Shown in pieces: positions 58,385 through 64,000 of a stretch of 64,000 nucleotides of DNA. This stretch comes from an uncultured Christensenella sp. (GTDB taxonomy: Bacteria > Bacillota > Clostridia > Christensenellales > UBA1242). The notes under the pieces are model-generated. The model did not search any database and was not told where the DNA came from. It worked only from the letters and a program-made list of their open reading frames with translations. Location of the stretch: NCBI GenBank assembly GCA_948466185.1, contig CAOJZM010000002.1:66573-130572 (forward strand), given 5' to 3'. Position numbers and translations under genes: made by a program. Each line of letters begins with the position of its first letter. Position 1 is the stretch's first letter.

Positions 58385-59122
58385 TTAGAATTTTACAACG
58401 CCGCCAGTTGTGCTGAAACATTCACCAGTAATAAAGTTGGCTTTATCACAGGCAAGGAAATATACAAGATTTGCAACATCTTCTGGCTCCCCAATTCTTC
58501 CAAGAGGGGTGGCGTCAACTATCCATTTTCTGTCTTCCTCATTATATCCTTTGGTCATATTGGTATCAATACAGCCGGGAGCGACGGCATTTACTCGTAT
58601 TCCGATAGGTGCCACTTCGTTCGCGATTGATTTGGTTAGACCAATTATGCCTGCTTTTGCAGCGGAGTAAATGGCTTCGCACTCTCCACCAGTAAGTCCA
58701 TATATAGAAGCAACATTCACAATGTTGCCATGTTTTTGTGCTGTCATATGTTTTAATATTTCTCTATTAACCAGAATTGTACCTCGAAGATTGACATTTA
58801 AAATATCGTCAATTTCCTTGGTTGATTTTTCTGCTAATAATTTGACTTTTTCTGCCTTACCCGCATTGCATACTGCAACATCTATGTAATCAAAATCTGA
58901 AAATATTGTTTTAATGCAATCCGAAATTTCCTTATCATTTGTTTGGTCGAGTTTGTAAGACTTTACTTCAACGTTGAATTTTTTAAGTTCTCTTTCTAAT
59001 GCTTTGGTGCTATGACTATTATAGGTTAGTGCAACATTATATCCGTTTTTCGCAAATTCTCTTGCACATGCTGAACCAATTCCTCCCGACGCACCTGTAA
59101 TTAATGCAGTCTTTCTTAACAT
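58385..59122 (-). CDS. SDR oxidoreductase (FabG/YmfI-like)
   Basis: TGASGGIG, CNAG, YSAAK, NAVAPG.IDT.M. Confidence 0.85.
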   Translation of the reverse strand: MLRKTALITGASGGIGSACAREFAKNGYNVALTYNSHSTKALERELKKFNVEVKSYKLDQTNDKEISDCIKTIFSDFDYIDVAVCNAGKAEKVKLLAEKSTKEIDDILNVNLRGTILVNREILKHMTAQKHGNIVNVASIYGLTGGECEAIYSAAKAGIIGLTKSIANEVAPIGIRVNAVAPGCIDTNMTKGYNEEDRKWIVDATPLGRIGEPEDVANLVYFLACDKANFITGECFSTTGGVVKF

Positions 59123-59934
59123 ATCCAACAAACTCCTATTGCCGGTCCGATGTGTGCAGCGACGACTGGACCAACTTCTCCTTCATAAGTAGGGACATTA
59201 AACATTCCTTTTAACTTATTTTTTAACAGGTCAAAAAATTTGCTGTTTGCAATATGAATTATAAATAATCTTTTAATATTTTTTGGAATCATCGATATAA
59301 GTTCAGCGATCGCCTTATTAGTACCGATTACTTTTTTTGCACAGTTAAGATTACTTTGGTTAAAAGTGAGAATTGGCTTTAACTGAAGTAGATTTCCAAT
59401 GGTTGCACTAAGCTTACCAATTCGTCCACCACGCTTGAGATATTCAAGACTATCGGGGACAAAAGTTACTTGACTGCCAATTTGAAGTTTTGCTATTTCT
59501 TGTATGATTTCATCTCTGCTCATTCCTTTATCAATCATTTCCTTGGTTTCCATGATAAGTCCCCAAGTGGTTTGACAACAATTTTGTGAATCAATAACTG
59601 TTATTTTTTCAGGGAATTTACATTGACTTTTCGCTAGATTTGCAACGCTGTTGGTTCCAGATAGCACGTATGAAATAGTATAAACGATAGCCTCATCTCC
59701 ATTGTCAATAATTTTGTTGTAGGTGTCTATGAATTGCATTAAAGAAGGTTGGCTGGTTTTTGGGAAGATCTTTGTCCTTGTAAATTTTTCAAAGAATGAC
59801 TCGTATGAGCCTGGAAGCCCTTCATCAAACTCTTCGTCATCATACAGTATTCTTAGGGGAATGACGGTGATATCATTTTCTTTAAGATATTCAAGTGGAA
59901 TATAGGCAGTTGAGTCAGTAATTATTTTTATCAT
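59116..59934 (-). CDS. DegV-family fatty-acid-binding protein (FakB-like)
   Basis: IITDST, PKTSQP, LSGT, LEYLKRGGRIG, HIGP. Confidence 0.92.
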   Translation of the reverse strand: MIKIITDSTAYIPLEYLKENDITVIPLRILYDDEEFDEGLPGSYESFFEKFTRTKIFPKTSQPSLMQFIDTYNKIIDNGDEAIVYTISYVLSGTNSVANLAKSQCKFPEKITVIDSQNCCQTTWGLIMETKEMIDKGMSRDEIIQEIAKLQIGSQVTFVPDSLEYLKRGGRIGKLSATIGNLLQLKPILTFNQSNLNCAKKVIGTNKAIAELISMIPKNIKRLFIIHIANSKFFDLLKNKLKGMFNVPTYEGEVGPVVAAHIGPAIGVCWIC

Positions 59935-60156
59935 ATTGTCTCCTTTTAAGTATTTTAACACATCTTTTATTTTTCTCCTAATAACTTTTATAAGTATATT
60001 ATTTTATGTTGATTTATGTTTTCAAATAGCAATAATTCTTTAAATTTAGACATGTAGATGGTCGGCTTTTTACAATTTAAATGAAAAACTTAGTTAAAAA
60101 AAGAATTAAACTGAGGTTGTTTCAGTTCAAAAGTAATTTCTTTTTTATTATAGTTA

Positions 60157-61074
60157 TTATTTCAAGTAACCCCTGATAATTAGTTCTTCAGCTTCCTCAT
60201 TTGTAAGGCCCAAGGTTTTTAATTTCAATATTTGATCGCCAGCTATTTTGCCAATCGCCGCCTCATGCACAAGTCGGGCATTAACATCTTTTGCAAGTAT
60301 CTTAGGCGTGGACTCAATTGTTGCATTATCAAGAAGTATACCATCACATTCTACATGGCCAAAGCATTCATTTTTGCCAATTATATTAGAAAGGAATTTC
60401 TGTTTAGATTGATTTTTAGCGACTGAACGGCTGATAATATTTATGCTTGAATTGGCTCCAATTAAGTTTGCAGTAAAGCGGGTTATTGCTGTTTGATTTT
60501 CAGTTGTTAAAATTTTTTCGGTAATATTTAATTTCGCTTTTGCTTTAAGGCGGGCAGTGGTAACTCGGTTTGAATAAGTAACCCCACCAAGTTGAAAGGT
60601 CTCCATTTCAAATTCACTTGTCTCATCCATGTATATTTTTGTAATGGGATTTAAAATTTTGCCTGTTTCTTGTTTTCCTATTCCTAAATGTTTTTCGATA
60701 TATTTAACTTTACTTCCTTTTCCCAAATGGAAGGTGTGAATGCCATTATGACTGCTAGGGTTGTTGGACGTGTTGTGTATTCCGCATCCTGCCACAATAA
60801 TAATCTCTGCATTTTCGCCAATGTAAAAGTCATTATATACAAGGTCATTAAAGCCGCCCATGGTTACTATAACTGGGATATGAATACTCCTGTTTTTAAC
60901 ATTTGCTTGGACGGTTATATCTATTCCGCTTTTATCTGTTTTTGAAATGATTTCAACTTCTGAGTCAGAATGGCGACCGATACTTTCGCCATTTTTTCGT
61001 ATATTATAAATGCCTTGTGGAACTTCGTGCAAGTTAGTTATTTGAGTTAAAAGTTCTTTATCCACCTTATTCAT
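60157..61074 (-). CDS. SufB/SufD-family Fe-S scaffold (SmsB-like)
   Basis: IVAGCGIHN, YIEKH, GHVECDGI, HEAAIGKIAGDQI.KL.TLGL. Confidence 0.85.
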   Translation of the reverse strand: MNKVDKELLTQITNLHEVPQGIYNIRKNGESIGRHSDSEVEIISKTDKSGIDITVQANVKNRSIHIPVIVTMGGFNDLVYNDFYIGENAEIIIVAGCGIHNTSNNPSSHNGIHTFHLGKGSKVKYIEKHLGIGKQETGKILNPITKIYMDETSEFEMETFQLGGVTYSNRVTTARLKAKAKLNITEKILTTENQTAITRFTANLIGANSSINIISRSVAKNQSKQKFLSNIIGKNECFGHVECDGILLDNATIESTPKILAKDVNARLVHEAAIGKIAGDQILKLKTLGLTNEEAEELIIRGYLK

Positions 61075-61786
61075 TTTTGCCTCCGTTTAACCTTCCGCAA
61101 TTTTCATATTTTTTAATTCTGTTTAACAGTTTCTGTTTAGGCCCATATTCTAAAGGGCGAGAAGGGCTTAAAATAAGGATATTGTCAGATATATCTAATA
61201 TTTTTTGTTGATGGCTTACGATTATCACTGTCTTGCCTTTTAGTTTTTTAAATATGTTTATAAGTGCGTCAAAACTCCACAGGTCAATGCCAGCTTCAGG
61301 TTCATCAAACAGAAATACATCGCCGCCTTTTGCAAGAGCAATAGCCAGTTCAATGCGTTTCAATTCTCCACCAGACAGTGTGTCGTCAAGTGGGCGATTA
61401 AGATAATCCCTTGCACATAAGCCGACCATAGAAAGATATTCACAGGCATTTGGTACATTGCTCTCTTTGCGGCTTGCTGTGTCAAGTAAATCTTTTACAG
61501 TCAATCCTTTAAATTTCACGGGTTGTTGAAATGCTAAGGTAAAGCCGTTGTTCGCACGGTAAGCTGTGTCAAGTTTGGTTATGTCTTGTCCATTATATAT
61601 AATTTTTCCACTTGTTGCCAATTCTAGTCCCATGATAAGTTTTATAAGAGTGGATTTTCCACTCCCATTTTGGCCAGTTATAACAGTGATTTTCTTGTCT
61701 TCGATTTTTAAATTGACATCTTTAAGAATTTGTTTTTCTTTTCCTTCTTCAAAAACGCTATAATTGATATTTTTTAATTCTAACAT
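61067..61786 (-). CDS. SufC-like ABC ATPase (SmsC-like)
   Basis: GQNGSGKST, AFQQP, LSGGELKRIE, FDEPEAGIDL; overlaps the scaffold gene. Confidence 0.85.
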   Translation of the reverse strand: MLELKNINYSVFEEGKEKQILKDVNLKIEDKKITVITGQNGSGKSTLIKLIMGLELATSGKIIYNGQDITKLDTAYRANNGFTLAFQQPVKFKGLTVKDLLDTASRKESNVPNACEYLSMVGLCARDYLNRPLDDTLSGGELKRIELAIALAKGGDVFLFDEPEAGIDLWSFDALINIFKKLKGKTVIIVSHQQKILDISDNILILSPSRPLEYGPKQKLLNRIKKYENCGRLNGGKNE

Positions 61787-61863
61787 GGATAAATAATACA
61801 ACTTTGTTTTTATTTGGTCAAATATTTTCGCACTTTTCCCAAAGTCATAAAATATAAATTACT

Positions 61864-62517
61864 ATGTTTGAAATTTATAAATTATTTGATACGTCTCATA
61901 CAAGAGCGAAAGAGTTAATTAAATATTTTACCTTCGTTTCCATGACTAAAATTGGTATGCTCATTGAAGTTGTTTCAAGAAATTTAGATAAAAATGAATT
62001 TAAAGAAGTGCTTCCGGGAGTTTTGGTGCATAAAGATGCCAGCATAGCAAAAAATGCTGTTTTATGCGGTCCTTGTATAATTGATGAAGGAAGTGAGCTA
62101 AGAACAGGTGCATATATTAGAGGAAATGTTATGGTGGGAAAGAATTGTGTTGTCGGAAATTCAACAGAACTTAAAAATTCAATTCTTTTTGATAATGTTC
62201 AGGTGCCGCATTTTAATTATGTTGGGGATAGTATTTTGGGCTATAAAGCACATTTGGGGGCAGGAGCTATTATTTCAAATGTAAAATCTGATAAGGGATT
62301 TGTTGTTATAAGAAATGAGGGATGCGACATTCATACCTATCTGCGTAAATTTGGTGCACTTGTAGGCGATAATGCTGAAATTGGATGTAATAGTGTGTTG
62401 AACCCAGGCACAATCATAGGGAAAAATACAAATGTGTATCCACTTTCATCTGTTAGGGGTGTTATTCCTGAAAATTGTATTTATAAAGGAAAGAACGATA
62501 TAATTGAAAAAAGTTAG
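61864..62517 (+). CDS. Hexapeptide-repeat acyltransferase (GlmU C-terminal-like)
   Basis: AYIRGNV.VG..CVVGNSTELKN, PHFNYVGDSILG, GCNSVLNPGT. Confidence 0.82.
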   Translation: MFEIYKLFDTSHTRAKELIKYFTFVSMTKIGMLIEVVSRNLDKNEFKEVLPGVLVHKDASIAKNAVLCGPCIIDEGSELRTGAYIRGNVMVGKNCVVGNSTELKNSILFDNVQVPHFNYVGDSILGYKAHLGAGAIISNVKSDKGFVVIRNEGCDIHTYLRKFGALVGDNAEIGCNSVLNPGTIIGKNTNVYPLSSVRGVIPENCIYKGKNDIIEKS

Positions 62518-62522
62518 CTAAG

Positions 62523-62843
62523 CTAACTTTTTTTGATCTTCTTTTTTGGAATGGGTGTTATCTTTTCTAAAACATGAACAACATCCAGAGAAAGTTCAAT
62601 ATCCTCTATATCAAGGATATAATGCTCTTTGGCACCAGCATATGGAATGCCGACCTCTGAATTTTGTAATAAATCTTCAAGCGGGGGTAATTTTTTAACA
62701 TAGACGGTGTTGTTGCAAACAAGAAGCAAGGGTTTATCATTTACATAAACCATGTATTCCCCAAACATCTTTTTGTATCTAACTGACCCTATGCACGCAA
62801 TTTGTTCGCAAACAAACTCAATATACTCTTGTGAAGTTGCCAT
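62523..62843 (-). CDS. TfoX N-terminal domain protein
   Basis: MATSQEYIEFVCEQ, YKKMFGEY, PYAGAK. Confidence 0.82.
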   Translation of the reverse strand: MATSQEYIEFVCEQIACIGSVRYKKMFGEYMVYVNDKPLLLVCNNTVYVKKLPPLEDLLQNSEVGIPYAGAKEHYILDIEDIELSLDVVHVLEKITPIPKKKIKKS

Positions 62844-62845
62844 TA

Positions 62846-63298
62846 TTATTTCTCCTTATTATTTAAATCTGAGTTTTTATAACTGATTATGATATGGCAA
62901 GTGCCAAATATTATTGCAAATACAATTAATGGTATGGAAGTTATCATTATGCCGCAAAATAAAAACAGAAGGGTAGGTGTGATAGACAGCCATAATGCTT
63001 TTGTTCGGCTGTTGTTCTTATGAAATATTATCCATCCTAAATAATAAATGACCAATATAGCTCCGCCAATTGTTAAATAGAATATAAAAGCATTATTGAA
63101 CCAGAAACCAAAATATGTGCAAGGAATATTAAAAACCATAAATAGCATACAAGCATATCTTCCGATTTGTTCTAAAACGTGTAGTGGCTTGTTGCTGAAA
63201 TCATTATAAGAGATGTTTTTATTAAATATTGTCCAAATTATATTGGGTATTAAAATCATCACAATTGCAATAAGTCCATAATAGTTAAACCATAACAT
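62846..63298 (-). CDS. Membrane protein, unknown function
   Basis: About 5 TMs; IPNIIW and LEQIGR motifs. Confidence 0.65.
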   Translation of the reverse strand: MLWFNYYGLIAIVMILIPNIIWTIFNKNISYNDFSNKPLHVLEQIGRYACMLFMVFNIPCTYFGFWFNNAFIFYLTIGGAILVIYYLGWIIFHKNNSRTKALWLSITPTLLFLFCGIMITSIPLIVFAIIFGTCHIIISYKNSDLNNKEK

Positions 63299-63463
63299 AG
63301 TCCTATTTTACTGATTTTTTTGCCAAAAATCAAATTTATAGGGGATAAAACAGTAAAATTAACATGATTGTAACAAATATTTTTAAAAAAATATAAAATG
63401 ATTATGTCTTTTAAAGATAAACTTGCAAAAGGTTAATTTTTTTGAAAAAAGTTGCAAAAATCC

Positions 63464-63492
63464 TTGACATATTTCCTCTTTTATTATAAAAT
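63464..63492 (+). promoter_or_regulatory. Sigma-A promoter of the tRNA cluster
   Basis: TTGACA-17-TAAAAT with upstream A/T tracts. Confidence 0.7.
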
Positions 63493-63512
63493 GACCTAGC
63501 AAGCATGAATCA

Positions 63513-63588
63513 CGGGGTGTGGCTCAGTTGGTAGAGTGCGTGGTTTGGGACCATGAGGTCGGGGGTTCGAGACCCTCCACCCCGACCA
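63513..63588 (+). tRNA. tRNA-Pro(TGG)
   Basis: CGGGGTG...CGTGG-TTTGGGA-CCATG...CACCCCG-ACCA cloverleaf. Confidence 0.96.
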
Positions 63589-63622
63589 TAACTTGTAAAA
63601 GTTGATTGATGTTTTGCAGTTT

Positions 63623-63699
63623 GGACCTTTAGCTCAGTTGGTTAGAGCAACCGGCTCATAACCGGTCGGTCCGGGGTTCGAGTCCCTGAAGGTCCACCA
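63623..63699 (+). tRNA. tRNA with CAT anticodon, most likely Ile2 (lysidine)
   Basis: GGACCTT acceptor stem, ACCGG-CTCATAA-CCGGT; resembles Firmicute tRNA-Ile2 rather than initiator or elongator Met. Confidence 0.9.
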
Positions 63700-63735
63700 G
63701 GGTTTTGCCCAAATTTAAATTTTTGCCACGGTTGT

Positions 63736-63812
63736 GGCCCGATAGCTCAGTTGGTTAGAGCGCTAGCCTGTCACGCTAGAGGTCGAGGGTTCGAGCCCCT
63801 TTCGGGTCGCCA
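63736..63812 (+). tRNA. tRNA-Asp(GTC)
   Basis: GGCCCGA...CTAGC-CTGTCAC-GCTAG...TCGGGTC-GCCA cloverleaf. Confidence 0.96.
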
Positions 63813-64000
63813 TATGAAAAAACGCTTGCTGTTTTTCAGAGAATTTAAACCATTGCTTTTAAGGTAAATATTTATCGCAATTAATATGCGACAAAACGCC
63901 AACAAAATGTAATGGAGTGCGATTTCGTTTGGTCGCAAGAGACGGAAACTTGCGATCTGACCGTAAAAATTTAGAAATAAATTTTGAGGTTTTAAAGCAA

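Noticed and set aside
63623-63699. Initiator tRNA-Met
   Set aside because: Has a paired G1-C72 and lacks the three consecutive G-C pairs in the anticodon stem; fits Ile2 better

Overview
64 kb of a low-GC, spore-forming Bacillota (Clostridia-like) chromosome. The core backbone holds rplM-rpsI, trxB, dinB, tex, mini-mcsA-mcsB-clpC, hpf, rpsT/gpr, ytfI-ytfJ-dac-rluB-plsC, rpsA, cmk, degV, a two-gene SufBC-type operon and tRNAs, with accessory insertions between them. The standout is a ~9.3 kb tyrosine-integrase element (34310-43633) inserted in the anticodon loop of the host tRNA-Thr(CGT). It splits the gene into unrepaired halves (34280-34318 and 43625-43670) and carries its own complete tRNA-Thr(CGT) (34473-34548) with compensatorily recoded anticodon and T stems. 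Its integrase has an inserted XRE-type HTH, and its HUH Rep is broken by one in-frame TGA. Other notable items: a one-gene methyltransferase cassette bounded by a 30-bp tRNA 3'-end repeat; a BstXI-like RM system at tRNA-Arg; a membrane-anchored 1843-aa protein with six tandem possibly LolA/LppX-like domains plus a partner gene; a GT2 + CofD/YvcK-HAD fusion + nucleotidyltransferase operon beside a collagen-like gene; an McsB with a natural active-site Cys-to-Ser change; a phage-less XRE/XRE switch with three operators at 29-bp pitch; and a G9 tract in a promoter spacer. All calls come from reading the sequence and ORF track; no searches were run.
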